From Vulcanimicrobiales bacterium (GTDB lineage: Bacteria > Vulcanimicrobiota > Vulcanimicrobiia > Vulcanimicrobiales > Vulcanimicrobiaceae): a stretch of 64,000 bases of DNA. The stretch's first letter is position 1. Every line of letters starts with the position of its first letter. Both the position numbers and the translations under genes were made by a program. The stretch is from assembly GCA_038215615.1 (NCBI GenBank), contig JBBQQR010000003.1, forward strand, positions 32,001-96,000, given 5' to 3'. A model generated the notes under the pieces. It was not told the origin of the DNA and searched no databases. It was given only the letters and a program-made list of their open reading frames with translations. This document shows positions 29,826 to 39,599 of this stretch, piece after piece.

Positions 29826-32000
29826 CTATTCCATCAGTTTTTTCGTGAAATAGGTCCACTCCAATGCCGAGGTATGCGCGCGCTCCTTCAGATTGGCGCC
29901 CGATCCGTGGCCGCCTTCAGTGACTTCGTAAAACAGATAGGGCACCTGCATTGCAGACAGGATGGCGGCGAACTTGCGGGCGTGCTGCGGTCCAACGCGA
30001 TCATCCTTGGTCGTCGTCCAAATAAACGGCTCCGGGTAGGCGACCCCCGCACGAAGGTTGTTGTACGGCGAAATTTTCGCCAGGAACGCTTGTTCCGCCG
30101 GAACCGAGACACTGCCGTACTCACCAACCCACGATGCGCCCGCCTGAATTTTTTCGTAGCGCAGCATGTCGAGAAGCGGAACTTGTATGTCGACCGCGTT
30201 CCACATCGAGGGATGCTGCGTAAATTCGACGCCCATAAGTAGGCCGCCGTTGGAACCGCCTTCGATCCCTAAATAACGCGGAGAGGTGATCTTGCGCGCG
30301 ACCACATCCCGGCCCACCGCGTAGAAGTCATCGTAAATACGCTGCCGGTTCGTTTTCAGGCCGGCCTCGTGCCACGCCGGTCCGAACTCGCCGCCGCCGC
30401 GAATATTGGCAAGCACGAATACGCCCCCGCGCTCGAGCCACAGCTTGCCGAGGGTGCCTGAATAGAACGGCGTCTCCGATATCTGGAATCCGCCGTACGC
30501 ATTTATCACCGTTGGGTTGCGCCGGTTTGGTTTCAGGTTTTTAGGATGCACGATAAAGTACGGAATCTTGGTGCCATCGGCGGATGTTGCTTCGTGCTGT
30601 TCGACGACGTCAGCCGAGGCGTTGAACTGCGCGGGAAGCGCTTTCTCAACCGACGCCGTCCCCGTTGATGTATTGACGGCCCACAGGGTGGTCGGGGTCA
30701 AAAAGCTCGTCACTTGCAAGAACGCATTGCCGTTATGCTGGTCGGTGTCGACCAGATTAACCGCCGAGTTGTCGGGGAGATTCAGACGGCGCGAACTCCA
30801 CGTTCCGTTGGCGCGCGGTGAAAAGACGATCCCGCGTCCACGGACGTTTTGATACAGCGCGACCAAAAGCTGCGAACGGGTGGCTTGCACGCCGTCGATC
30901 GATTCCCGCGGTCCAGGCGCGTACACGAGTACCGGATTGAGGTGCGCGGGGTCCGCCTTGGTCGCGGCCAAGTCGATCGCAACGAGCGCGCCCGGCGCAA
31001 ACGCACGGCCGCCCGCCGTCCACGTTTCGTTGGGCGAGAGAATGATTTTTCCGGCCACCAGCGTGCGTATATCTGCCTTGAGCGGCACGGCCAGACGCTG
31101 CAGCCCATTCGCCGTGAAAATGTAGTATTGAGATGTAAAGAACGTCACGCCGCGCCGGATCAGGGTCGCGTGGTTACCGGATCCGTCTTGCAACGTAAAG
31201 GCGTCCGCACTGACATCGCTCTTTTCCCCGCGAAAGACCTCTACTGCGCTGGAAAGCGGCTGTCCGCGCTTCACGCGCTTGATGATGTAGGCGTATCCCG
31301 AGGACGTTAGCTCGCCGGGATTCCACTCGCGCGAAACCAGCAGCGTGTTTGCGTCCTCCCACGCTGCTTGCTGCTTGCCGCGCGCCAGGGTGAATCCGCC
31401 CGGGACAAATGATTGTGTGTGAAGGTCGAATTCGCGAATCGTTCGCGCATCTTCGCCACCGTCAGAAAGCGCCAGCAAACAGCGTTGCTCCGCCGGCCAG
31501 TAGCAATCCACGCCCTCCCACACCCAATTTGCCTTTTCGGATGCTGCCAGGGCGTCCAGGTCCAGCACCGTCGTCCAGTGCGGCGAAGCTGAAGCATAAC
31601 TGGAAGGAGTCGTCCGGCGATAAATGCCTCGCACGTGCTGATCGTCTTGCCAGAAATTATAGATCGCGCCATGAATGATCGACGGTACGGGAATCCGCCC
31701 TTTTGCCTGTGCTATTTTGAGCGCATCAGCGTATAGCGCCGCGTAGTGCGGGTCGCCTTGCAACACCGGAAGCGTTTTAGCATTTTCGGTTTGCACCCAC
31801 GCCATCGATTGCGCACCGTCTTTATCCTCAAGCCAGAGGTACGGATCCGCGCCTGCGGGCGTAACCGGCGGGGCCTGTGCGACGGTCGCCTGCGCGGCGA
31901 GCGCGGAAGATTGGGCGCCGGCCCGTAACGCGAGGTTCTGTCCGAAGATCAGGGCAACGATTAATGCTACGACGCCAAGCGAACGGATAACGCGATTCAT
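29826..32000 (-). CDS. Secreted prolyl oligopeptidase (S9A)
   Basis: DPYLWLE, YGGF, NIRGGGEFG, GGSNGG, DDRV, GGH; GGGAGG SD. Confidence 0.96.
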   Translation of the reverse strand: MNRVIRSLGVVALIVALIFGQNLALRAGAQSSALAAQATVAQAPPVTPAGADPYLWLEDKDGAQSMAWVQTENAKTLPVLQGDPHYAALYADALKIAQAKGRIPVPSIIHGAIYNFWQDDQHVRGIYRRTTPSSYASASPHWTTVLDLDALAASEKANWVWEGVDCYWPAEQRCLLALSDGGEDARTIREFDLHTQSFVPGGFTLARGKQQAAWEDANTLLVSREWNPGELTSSGYAYIIKRVKRGQPLSSAVEVFRGEKSDVSADAFTLQDGSGNHATLIRRGVTFFTSQYYIFTANGLQRLAVPLKADIRTLVAGKIILSPNETWTAGGRAFAPGALVAIDLAATKADPAHLNPVLVYAPGPRESIDGVQATRSQLLVALYQNVRGRGIVFSPRANGTWSSRRLNLPDNSAVNLVDTDQHNGNAFLQVTSFLTPTTLWAVNTSTGTASVEKALPAQFNASADVVEQHEATSADGTKIPYFIVHPKNLKPNRRNPTVINAYGGFQISETPFYSGTLGKLWLERGGVFVLANIRGGGEFGPAWHEAGLKTNRQRIYDDFYAVGRDVVARKITSPRYLGIEGGSNGGLLMGVEFTQHPSMWNAVDIQVPLLDMLRYEKIQAGASWVGEYGSVSVPAEQAFLAKISPYNNLRAGVAYPEPFIWTTTKDDRVGPQHARKFAAILSAMQVPYLFYEVTEGGHGSGANLKERAHTSALEWTYFTKKLME

Positions 32001-32030
32001 AATTCCTCCCGTGTTTGCAACTCCGTGATA

Positions 32031-32114
32031 TGGGACGGCCGGGACTCGAACCCGGACGGCCTTACGGCCAGCAAATTTTAAGTCTGCTGTGTCTACCGAT
32101 TCCACCACCATCCC
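32031..32114 (-). tRNA. tRNA-Leu(TAA), no encoded CCA
   Basis: GGGATGGTGGTGGAATCGGTAGACACAGCAGACTTAAAATTTGCTGGCCGTAAGGCCGTCCGGGTTCGAGTCCCGGCCGTCCCA; long variable arm. Confidence 0.93.
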
Positions 32115-32157
32115 AAAAAGAAGGGGCGGTCGACTCTTATCGAATCGGCCGCCCCTT
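32115..32157 (-). terminator. Intrinsic terminator abutting the tRNA-Leu 5' end
   Basis: AAGGGGCGGCCGA...TCGACCGCCCCTT + CTTTTT on minus strand. Confidence 0.7.
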
Positions 32158-32178
32158 TACTGCCTGGAAAGCAGTTCT

Positions 32179-32613
32179 TTAGGTCATCGAAGACGCGTCG
32201 TCGGGCATCATTTCCGCGGTTTGCAAACGGATGGAAGCCGTGGCGGCTTCTTTCGTGGCCTCGATGGTGTCCTTGATGACTTCGCCGCCGCGGCGCACGA
32301 TTTCACCGCCGGCTTCGCGCATTTTGTCTTTCATCTGATCGGTCATCGGTCCGATCCGTTCGGACTCGAAACGGGTGACCGGCAGCATCATACCAACCAG
32401 AAAACCGACCGCCATTCCGGCAAGCAGCATCCCGATCGGGTTCTCCACCGTCACGTCCCGCACGCGCATGCCTGCGCTGCCGATCGCATCCTTTGCGCCC
32501 TGGACGCGATCCATGACGGCTCCCTTCGCATCCTCGATTTTGTTCTGAGCCGCTTCTTTGCCGCGCTCGCGCACGTCTTCTACTTCGCGGGATTCGTACC
32601 GCTCTTGATCCAT
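32179..32613 (-). CDS. Hypothetical protein (DUF3618/ElaB-like)
   Basis: ENPIGMLLAGMAVGFLVGMMLP; GGAGG SD. Confidence 0.75.
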   Translation of the reverse strand: MDQERYESREVEDVRERGKEAAQNKIEDAKGAVMDRVQGAKDAIGSAGMRVRDVTVENPIGMLLAGMAVGFLVGMMLPVTRFESERIGPMTDQMKDKMREAGGEIVRRGGEVIKDTIEATKEAATASIRLQTAEMMPDDASSMT

Positions 32614-32678
32614 GCCATGTCCTCCTTCACGCTACGCGCAGTTTTGATCAAAATCCAGTGGTGTTGCGTCCCGAAATT

Positions 32679-33131
32679 TTATAGCCGCTCGTCGTGCCGG
32701 CCGCCATTCAGCGACGATTCGCCAAACGTGGGCTGTGATTGCGCGTAACTCTCGACATAATCGGGCTGCGCCCAATCACGCGGGCGGTTCGCACTACGGA
32801 CAGCGCGTGCGGCTGCCATGCCGCCGACCAAGCCAATGCCAGCCAAGAGCCACGTGCGTCCGCGTGCGAAGTCTTGCGCATCGCTCCAAAGCGACGTGCC
32901 GTCGCGCGACCGTAAGTAGCTCGCGGCATCGCTTACGCCGCCGGCCAACATATCCACAAGATCGGCCGCCTGGGGCTCGCCCTTTTCGCGCAAGACTTCG
33001 CCGACGTCACTCGCCACCGTGCCGTAATGCTCGACCCGGTCGGCCAGCATTTCAGCGCCGCGACCGACGGCCTGATTGATCACGCCCTGCGAGCGTTGCC
33101 ATAAATCACTGGGGTCCATACGTATCGCCAT
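32679..33131 (-). CDS. Hypothetical protein (ElaB-like tail-anchored)
   Basis: ASYLRSRDG...DAQDFARGRTWLLAGIGLVGG; GGAGG SD. Confidence 0.7.
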   Translation of the reverse strand: MAIRMDPSDLWQRSQGVINQAVGRGAEMLADRVEHYGTVASDVGEVLREKGEPQAADLVDMLAGGVSDAASYLRSRDGTSLWSDAQDFARGRTWLLAGIGLVGGMAAARAVRSANRPRDWAQPDYVESYAQSQPTFGESSLNGGRHDERL

Positions 33132-33240
33132 CTTGCTACCTCCATTATGGTGAGTCGTCCAGTACATACCCAAGCAAAAGACCAAAGGGCGGGCAGGCAA
33201 CCGTTTCCAACCCTACTACCTTGGAGAAACAACCGCTGCG

Positions 33241-33891
33241 ATGATCTTCCGAGATCGCGCCGATGCAGGCAAAGAGTTGGCTAGAAAACTGGCTCCTCAC
33301 AAAGGTAGCGGCGCGCAGGTGCTGGCGCTGCCGCGCGGCGGAGTGCCGGTGGCTTTCGAAGTTGCACGTGCGCTGCGCGCGCCGCTCGACGTTTTCGTGG
33401 TACGTAAACTGGGTGTTCCGGGGCATGTGGAGCTCGCCATGGGAGCAATCGCGTCGGGCGGCGTGCGCGTCCTGAACGAAGAGACGCTCGCAGAACTGCG
33501 CATCAACGACGCGACGCTAAACGCGGTCACGCAAGCGGAACTGGCAGAACTGCAGCGCCGCGAAAACGCTTACCGCGGCGGCTTACCCCCGCCGCAGGTT
33601 TCTGCGAGACCCGTGATTCTCATCGACGACGGACTCGCCACGGGCGCAAGCATGTATGCGGCCGTGCTTGCACTGCGCGCACTGTCCCCGAGCAAGATCG
33701 TCGTCGCGGTGCCGGTGGCGCCTGCCGATGCGTGCGCGAATATCGCGCGGTACGTCGACGAAATGGTCTGCGCCGCAACGCCGGAGCCGTTTCGCGGGGT
33801 TGGTGCTTGGTACGGCGACTTCCGGCAAGTGAGCGATGACGAAGTGCGTGCTATGCTGCGCAGCGCCAGGGATTGGCCGGGTACCGAATGA
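33241..33891 (+). CDS. Phosphoribosyltransferase family protein
   Basis: FRDRADAG, LPRGGVPV, RKLGVP, ILIDDGLATGAS. Confidence 0.93.
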   Translation: MIFRDRADAGKELARKLAPHKGSGAQVLALPRGGVPVAFEVARALRAPLDVFVVRKLGVPGHVELAMGAIASGGVRVLNEETLAELRINDATLNAVTQAELAELQRRENAYRGGLPPPQVSARPVILIDDGLATGASMYAAVLALRALSPSKIVVAVPVAPADACANIARYVDEMVCAATPEPFRGVGAWYGDFRQVSDDEVRAMLRSARDWPGTE

Positions 33892-34877
33892 GCGAACGCG
33901 AGATCGCATTGCGCGCGGATGGCAAGGTTTGCCGCACATCTGCCGGAAAGCCGCGCGCCGTGGGCCTGATTCCGAAGAATGTGGAAACTGCGACGATCAA
34001 GGTCGCGGGCAAGTCGCTTCCTCTGACAAACCTCAACAAGGTTTTCTGGCCGAAACTCGGCTTGCGCAAACGCGATCTGCTGGAATACTACGAGGGTATC
34101 GCCTCGGCGCTTTTACCGCACCTACGAGACCGCGCGATCGTCATGAAGCGTTATCCCAACGGTATCGGCGGCGAATTCTTCTTCATGAAGCGGACGCCGG
34201 CGTCGCGGCCGGCGTGGATCAAAACGTGTCCGGTCCAGCACGGTAAAGGCGTGATCGATTTTCCGCTCGCCAACGATGTCGCGTCGCTCCTCTGGCTCAT
34301 CAATCTGGGGTGCATCGATCTCAATCCCTGGTATGGTTTTTGCGATGCGCCGGATCAGCCGGATGTTCTTCACTTTGATCTCGACCCCGAGAAAGAGGCG
34401 CCCTTCGCGCTTGTGCGCGAAGCGGCGCTTATCGTGCGCGACGCGCTCGAAGTGCTCGGCATGACCGTTTTTGCCAAGACGTCTGGCGGCCGCGGCATGC
34501 ACATCTACACCGGAATCAAGCGCGGGCCGGCGCAGCACGAAGTCTGGGCGTTCTCAAAACAACTCGGACACGAACTCGCGCGCGCGCACCGCGACGTTTT
34601 CACGGTCGAATACAAAGTTGCAAACCGGCCGACCGGCAAAGTGCATCTCGACTACAATCAGAATCGCTCCGGGGCCACCCTCGCCTCCATCTATTCAGTG
34701 CGCCCCAATCAGTTTGCGGGCGTCTCCATGCCGGTGACGTGGAAAGAAGTCGAGGACGGGATCGAGCCGCACGACTTTACGATGCTGAATGCGGTTAAGC
34801 GCGTGAAAAACGTGGGCGATTTGTGGAAGCCGCTCACGCAGTCGCGCGGCCGCTTCGACCTGCGTTCCCTCCTTTAG
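33888..34877 (+). CDS. Stand-alone LigD polymerase (primase-polymerase) domain
   Basis: LTNLNKVFWP, KRYPNG, FDLDP, KTSGGRGMH, LDYNQN, YSVRP. Confidence 0.92.
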   Translation: MSEREIALRADGKVCRTSAGKPRAVGLIPKNVETATIKVAGKSLPLTNLNKVFWPKLGLRKRDLLEYYEGIASALLPHLRDRAIVMKRYPNGIGGEFFFMKRTPASRPAWIKTCPVQHGKGVIDFPLANDVASLLWLINLGCIDLNPWYGFCDAPDQPDVLHFDLDPEKEAPFALVREAALIVRDALEVLGMTVFAKTSGGRGMHIYTGIKRGPAQHEVWAFSKQLGHELARAHRDVFTVEYKVANRPTGKVHLDYNQNRSGATLASIYSVRPNQFAGVSMPVTWKEVEDGIEPHDFTMLNAVKRVKNVGDLWKPLTQSRGRFDLRSLL

Positions 34878-34923
34878 GAGTCTTCCGCTCGCGCCACCCA
34901 CGGCGTCGCCGGATTCCGCGCCT

Positions 34924-35448
34924 CTAGTCGCTGGTCAAACGCGGCGGGGAAATTTGCAGCAAGCCCAGGACGTGCGAGAGTTTTTCAGCGAGCTTGCTTT
35001 GACCGCCGCGTAGCGCTTCTTCGCGCAGCGCGCGCAGCTCTTCGACCGCGCGGCTCACGTTAGGGCGGTTCATTTCGCGAAAAACCTCACGCGCGCGATT
35101 GAAACGCGTCTCCTCATCTTCTTCGCGGGAGCGGCGCTCGAACGAAGGCAACTCGTCGGAGTGTCCGAGCACGATGTCGCCCGCGATCTCGATAATCGCG
35201 TCGGCGTGCACGCGTGCGCCCGTCGCGGCCAGATCGACATAGCGATCCTCGCGATCGTGCGCGGAGATCGCGATCAGGTTCGCCTCTACGCAGAGTTCGA
35301 TCAAGCCGCCGACATAAGGAATCGCCTCGGTGGCCGTCTCCAAATACGCCTCGTAAAGCTCTTCTTCGTCCTCTTCGGTCGCATCTAAGTAGTAGCTCCA
35401 CGCGCGCCGCGCGTCGAGCACGGCCCTGAAAACCTCGCTATCGCTCAT
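34924..35448 (-). CDS. Hypothetical acidic protein
   Basis: ORF co-oriented downstream of ppx; start uncertain (35448/35457). Confidence 0.65.
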   Translation of the reverse strand: MSDSEVFRAVLDARRAWSYYLDATEEDEEELYEAYLETATEAIPYVGGLIELCVEANLIAISAHDREDRYVDLAATGARVHADAIIEIAGDIVLGHSDELPSFERRSREEDEETRFNRAREVFREMNRPNVSRAVEELRALREEALRGGQSKLAEKLSHVLGLLQISPPRLTSD

Positions 35449-35481
35449 CGTGCGCACTTCTACGCACGGCCCTCCGGTCCG

Positions 35482-36351
35482 CTAGTGCCGCAGCAAATAG
35501 CCTAAGAGCAGATCGTTGGTTGTGACGAGCGCTTGCGAATGGCCCACCAAAATGTAGGCCTCGTCGAGAATCAGCGCGCCCGAGAGCAAAATGTCCGCGC
35601 GCTGAGCGACCATACCGGAAAGATCTTTGCGTTGTTCTACTGTAAGCAGCGACAACCGTTCGATAACGCTCGCCAGTTCGGCGCGCGCAAGCGCCTCGTA
35701 TGGCTCCGTCATTCGGCGGCCGGCCACAACCGCGCGCGATGTGGTTGCGCTTCCCCCTACCATTACCAAGCAATCGATTTTCGCGAAATCATGCAGCGGC
35801 CGGAGCATAATTTGTGCTTCCGCTCGGGCCTGTTTCATGTCACCGGCGGTAGCAACTTCGCGAAGTGATGGGAACCGCTCGGTCAAACGCACGGCGCCCA
35901 TCTCGAACGAAACGGAGGCGTCACGCGTCGCGTACTCCGAGCTGCCGCCGCCCACGTCGAGCACGCCGTAAGTCTGTTCGACAGGCAATCCCGAGATCGC
36001 ACCTTCATAGGAATACCGCGCTTCTTCTTCGCCGGTTATGATCTCCAGCGGCACGCCCGCAAGATCTTCGACGGCGCGTGCAAACTCTTCCGCATTGCCG
36101 GCGCGCCGCAGCGCGCTTGTAGCGATTGCTTTAAGCTCCGGATGAAACTCATGGATCGCGGCGACGTGCTCCTGCACAGCTTCCAACGTCCGGCGCATCG
36201 CGTCCTCGCGTAAGCGCCCGCTTTCGCGCAGGCCCTCGCCCAAGCGCGTTCCAGTCGAACGGTGAAGCAGTATCTTCGTCGCAGGATCGACCTCAACGGC
36301 GAGCGCTCTCGTCGAGTTCGTTCCGATGGAGATGACGGCTTTAACTGTCAG
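35482..36351 (-). CDS. ppx: Ppx/GppA phosphatase family; probable CTG start
   Basis: (L)TVKAVISIGTNS lies upstream of first TTG (36243); ATSALR, GEEEA, DVGGGSSE, GAVRLTE. Confidence 0.9.
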   Translation of the reverse strand: MTVKAVISIGTNSTRALAVEVDPATKILLHRSTGTRLGEGLRESGRLREDAMRRTLEAVQEHVAAIHEFHPELKAIATSALRRAGNAEEFARAVEDLAGVPLEIITGEEEARYSYEGAISGLPVEQTYGVLDVGGGSSEYATRDASVSFEMGAVRLTERFPSLREVATAGDMKQARAEAQIMLRPLHDFAKIDCLVMVGGSATTSRAVVAGRRMTEPYEALARAELASVIERLSLLTVEQRKDLSGMVAQRADILLSGALILDEAYILVGHSQALVTTNDLLLGYLLRH

Positions 36352-36706
36352 GGCTGTGGCGGGATTCGAAAAGTGCGGCGCGGCGTTTCTTGCGCAAAAA
36401 ATGACGCTCGTGCGCCGGCGCGGCGTCGGGCTTCTCCCACTCCTGCGTCATTTTGAGGTACTGCGCAATCTGCTCTTCGAGATCGGCGTCGTGGATTTGC
36501 GGCGCGAGCATGGCCAGCGGATGGCGCTCCTCGCCGGTCACGATGAACTCGGCAGGCTTGCGGCGCGCGAGCGCGCGGTCGTAGGCAGCGCGGTTCCGGG
36601 AGAGATCGGCGGCGGGAACCGTCGCTAAGCGGCCATCGTCTAGGCGGACGACCGCTCCAAATGCGTGGATGTTGATGACGACGCCTGGCTGCGTCTGGGC
36701 GTTCAT
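36341..36706 (-). CDS. S1-like RNA-binding protein (YabR/GSP13-like)
   Basis: GVVINIHAFGAVVRL; position between divIC and ppx as in Firmicutes. Confidence 0.65.
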   Translation of the reverse strand: MNAQTQPGVVINIHAFGAVVRLDDGRLATVPAADLSRNRAAYDRALARRKPAEFIVTGEERHPLAMLAPQIHDADLEEQIAQYLKMTQEWEKPDAAPAHERHFLRKKRRAALFESRHSPDS

Positions 36707-37047
36707 TGCCGAGGCGGTTTTACGTAAATGATCGTTTCGTTGGGACCGACCAAATGTAGCCGGTCGTGGATCTCGGGGACGGCGCCTTGCGGATCCATCA
36801 GACGCCGGATCTCACGCTGCTCGCTGCGCTTGCGGTGCGCGAGCGCGCCGATATCTTTTTGAACCGACGAAAGCGAGTGAGCCATCGCCACGTTTTCGTT
36901 GACGATGTGCGCGAACTGGATCGAGACGAGGGTGGCGGCTACAAGGACCATGGCGGCGACGGCAATGCGGCTCAGGAGACGGAAAACCTGGCCCGAGCGC
37001 TTTTTCACGGGCCGGTTCTTACTGTTTCCAGGCGCTCGGTTTGCCAT
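36703..37047 (-). CDS. Septum formation initiator (FtsB/DivIC)
   Basis: TM + coiled coil + RLHLVGPNETII. Confidence 0.8.
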   Translation of the reverse strand: MANRAPGNSKNRPVKKRSGQVFRLLSRIAVAAMVLVAATLVSIQFAHIVNENVAMAHSLSSVQKDIGALAHRKRSEQREIRRLMDPQGAVPEIHDRLHLVGPNETIIYVKPPRQ

Positions 37048-37985
37048 GCGCCTATTCGCCGGTACTTCTGATAGCGCGCCTCTTTCAGCTGCGCCGCCGG
37101 CAAGCTCGCGAGCTCATCGAGGGCGTCACCAATATTCTTCAACACGCGCGAGATCGTCCCCGCTGGATCGCGGTGCGCTCCGCCCGTCGGTTCGGGGACG
37201 ATTTCGTCGGCGATACCGAACTGCAGCAGATCTTGCGCGGTCAGCTTGAGCCGTGTCGCAGCTTCTTCAGCTTTCGACGCGTCGCTCCAGAGAATGGCCG
37301 CGCAACCCTCAGGGCTCGCCACCGAATAATAGCTGTGTTCGAGCATGATGATGCGGTCTGCGATGCTCATCGCGAGCGCGCCGCCGCTGCCGCCTTCGCC
37401 GATGACGGTTGCAACGATCGGGACGCGAGTGATCGTGAACTCGTACAGGCACGCCGCGATCGCCTCCGATTGGGCGCGTTCTTCCGAGCCTATGCCCGGA
37501 TCCGCTCCCTTGGTGTCGACGAAGGTCACAATCGGCAAGCCCAGATGCGAAGCCAAATGCGCCAAACGCTGAACCTTACGATAGCCTTCGGGCGAGGGCA
37601 TGCCGAAGTTGCGCCGCAGATTTTCCTTGGTATCGCGTCCACGCTGCTGCGCGATGGCCATCACGGAGCGCTCGCCGATTTTTGCGAATCCGCCGACGAT
37701 CGCATGATCGTCGCGGAAGTGCCGGTCGCCATGCAGTTCATCGAACTGCGCAAATTCCGCGATGTAATCCGCCGCGGTCGGACGATTGGGGTGGCGCGCC
37801 ATGTGCACTTTTTGCCACGGCGTCATCGAGCCGAATATCTCGCGCTGAATCTGCGAGTATTTCTCTTCGAGCGCGAGAATTTCGGGCGAAAGGTCGAGCG
37901 ACTGTTGGGCGTTGGCCGCGCGCAGCTCGGCAATGCGCTTTTCGAGTTCGAGCAGCCCTCTCTCGCGTTCCACGATCAAATTCAC
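37005..37985 (-). CDS. accA: Acetyl-CoA carboxylase carboxyltransferase alpha
   Basis: ARHPNRP, ELHGDR, NFGMPSPEGYRK, GEGGSGGA. Confidence 0.97.
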   Translation of the reverse strand: MNLIVERERGLLELEKRIAELRAANAQQSLDLSPEILALEEKYSQIQREIFGSMTPWQKVHMARHPNRPTAADYIAEFAQFDELHGDRHFRDDHAIVGGFAKIGERSVMAIAQQRGRDTKENLRRNFGMPSPEGYRKVQRLAHLASHLGLPIVTFVDTKGADPGIGSEERAQSEAIAACLYEFTITRVPIVATVIGEGGSGGALAMSIADRIIMLEHSYYSVASPEGCAAILWSDASKAEEAATRLKLTAQDLLQFGIADEIVPEPTGGAHRDPAGTISRVLKNIGDALDELASLPAAQLKEARYQKYRRIGAWQTERLETVRTGP

Positions 37986-38836
37986 GAGGCCGCGGTCCGC
38001 GCACGGTGGCCGGCAGCCGCGTAATCGAGCAGCCGCGTTAGCGTCGCTTTGAGATCGGCGCGCGAAACGACCATATCTATATGGCCCTTCTCCAACAGAA
38101 ACTCGGCGGTCTGGAATTGATCCGGGAGCTTTTGCCGGATGGTCTGTTCGATGACTCGCCGTCCGGCGAAGCCGATCATTGCCTTAGGTTCGGCTGCGAT
38201 CACGTCGGCCTGGAACGCAAACGAAGCCGAGACGCCGCCGGTCGTGGGATCGGTCAACACGGTCACCAAGAAATTTCCATCTTCGCGATAGCGCGCCACC
38301 GCCGCCGTCGTCTTCGCGAGCTGCATCAGCGCGAGCATGCCTTCTTCCATTCGTGCGCCGCCGCTCGCGGTGAAGATCACACACGGCAAACGAAGCTCGC
38401 GCGCCCGTTCGAGTAGCATGGTGATCCGTTCGCCGACGACCGTTCCCATTGTGCCGCCGCGGAAGTGAAAATCCATCACGCCGATCGCCGCTTCGAAACC
38501 GCCGATTTTTCCGGTTCCGCAGATCACGGCTTCGCTCAATTGCGATTTCTCGCGATCGCCGGCAAGCTTTGCGGCATACTTCCTTTTATCGACCCACTCC
38601 AGCGGATCGCCCGGCAAAACGTCTGCGCCGATTTCTCTGAAGTCGCCGTCTACGGTGATGTTGATCCGGTCAACCGCGCTCATGCGAAAGTGGTGGCCGC
38701 AGCGCGGGCAAACCCAGAGATTGGCCGCCAGATCGCGCCGGTACAATACCTCGGAACACTTCGGACACTTGCTCCACGTCGCTGCGTCTTCGGATTGTTC
38801 GTTTTTCGCGCGGCGGCGCGGCAGCCAATCAGGCAT
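37982..38836 (-). CDS. accD: Acetyl-CoA carboxylase carboxyltransferase beta
   Basis: CPKC...CPRC zinc finger, SGGARMEEG, DPTTGGVSAS, GFAGRRVIEQT. Confidence 0.97.
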   Translation of the reverse strand: MPDWLPRRRAKNEQSEDAATWSKCPKCSEVLYRRDLAANLWVCPRCGHHFRMSAVDRINITVDGDFREIGADVLPGDPLEWVDKRKYAAKLAGDREKSQLSEAVICGTGKIGGFEAAIGVMDFHFRGGTMGTVVGERITMLLERARELRLPCVIFTASGGARMEEGMLALMQLAKTTAAVARYREDGNFLVTVLTDPTTGGVSASFAFQADVIAAEPKAMIGFAGRRVIEQTIRQKLPDQFQTAEFLLEKGHIDMVVSRADLKATLTRLLDYAAAGHRARTAAS

Positions 38837-39547
38837 CTACGAGCTCGAAAATATCCGGCCGGCGTAAAGTTTACGCAGCTGCTTCAAGTAGTTGAGAATT
38901 TCTTTGTTGTTGAGCTTCGATTCGCCCAAAACGCGATCGGTAAACACATACGGCACTTCCAGCGCTTTGCCGTAATGTCCCTTAGCGATCACTTCGAGCC
39001 CGATCTTGAATCCGATCGGATCGAGTTCGACGCCCTCGATCGCTGAACGCCGCACCAAGAAGTATCCGCTGGTAATATCCTTGATGCGCGTCAGCGGCTG
39101 CGCCAATGCGCACGCGACCTTGGAGGTAACGATGCGCCTCCACGGCCAGTTGGTAATTCCGCCGCCGCGCACGTACCGGCTGCCGACCGCTAAACCGTAA
39201 CCATCTTCGAGCGCGCGCACGAGCTTTGGAAGAATCGCGATGTCGTGACTGAAGTCGGCGTCCATGGCGCCCAGCGCCTCGGATTCCGGCCGCGCGGCGC
39301 GCCACCCATCGATGACGCCGCTCGAAAGTCCGAGCTTGCCGGGGCGGTGCAAACAGCGGACCGGAAGCTCCAATGCGAGGCGGTCGGCGATCGCGCCGGT
39401 ACCGTCGGGTGAATTGTCATCAACGACGACGATCTCACCGTCGAGCGCGTTTTTCGTGAAGATGTCGTTCAGCTCGCGAATCAGGCGTTCGATGCCGCCC
39501 GCTTCGTTGTACGTCGGAATGACGATGGAAAATTTTAAGCTGGACAT
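38837..39547 (-). CDS. Polyprenol monophosphomannose synthase (GT2, DPM1-like)
   Basis: IPTYNE, DDNSPDGT, MDADFSH, GSRY. Confidence 0.9.
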   Translation of the reverse strand: MSSLKFSIVIPTYNEAGGIERLIRELNDIFTKNALDGEIVVVDDNSPDGTGAIADRLALELPVRCLHRPGKLGLSSGVIDGWRAARPESEALGAMDADFSHDIAILPKLVRALEDGYGLAVGSRYVRGGGITNWPWRRIVTSKVACALAQPLTRIKDITSGYFLVRRSAIEGVELDPIGFKIGLEVIAKGHYGKALEVPYVFTDRVLGESKLNNKEILNYLKQLRKLYAGRIFSSS

Positions 39548-39599
39548 GCCGTTCCCACAGGATACGACGCTGGAGCGTCCTGTCCCGGTCCGGGTCGTT

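Noticed and set aside
32001..32111. Peptidase N-terminal extension
   Set aside because: It runs through tRNA-Leu; a strong SD supports ATG 32000
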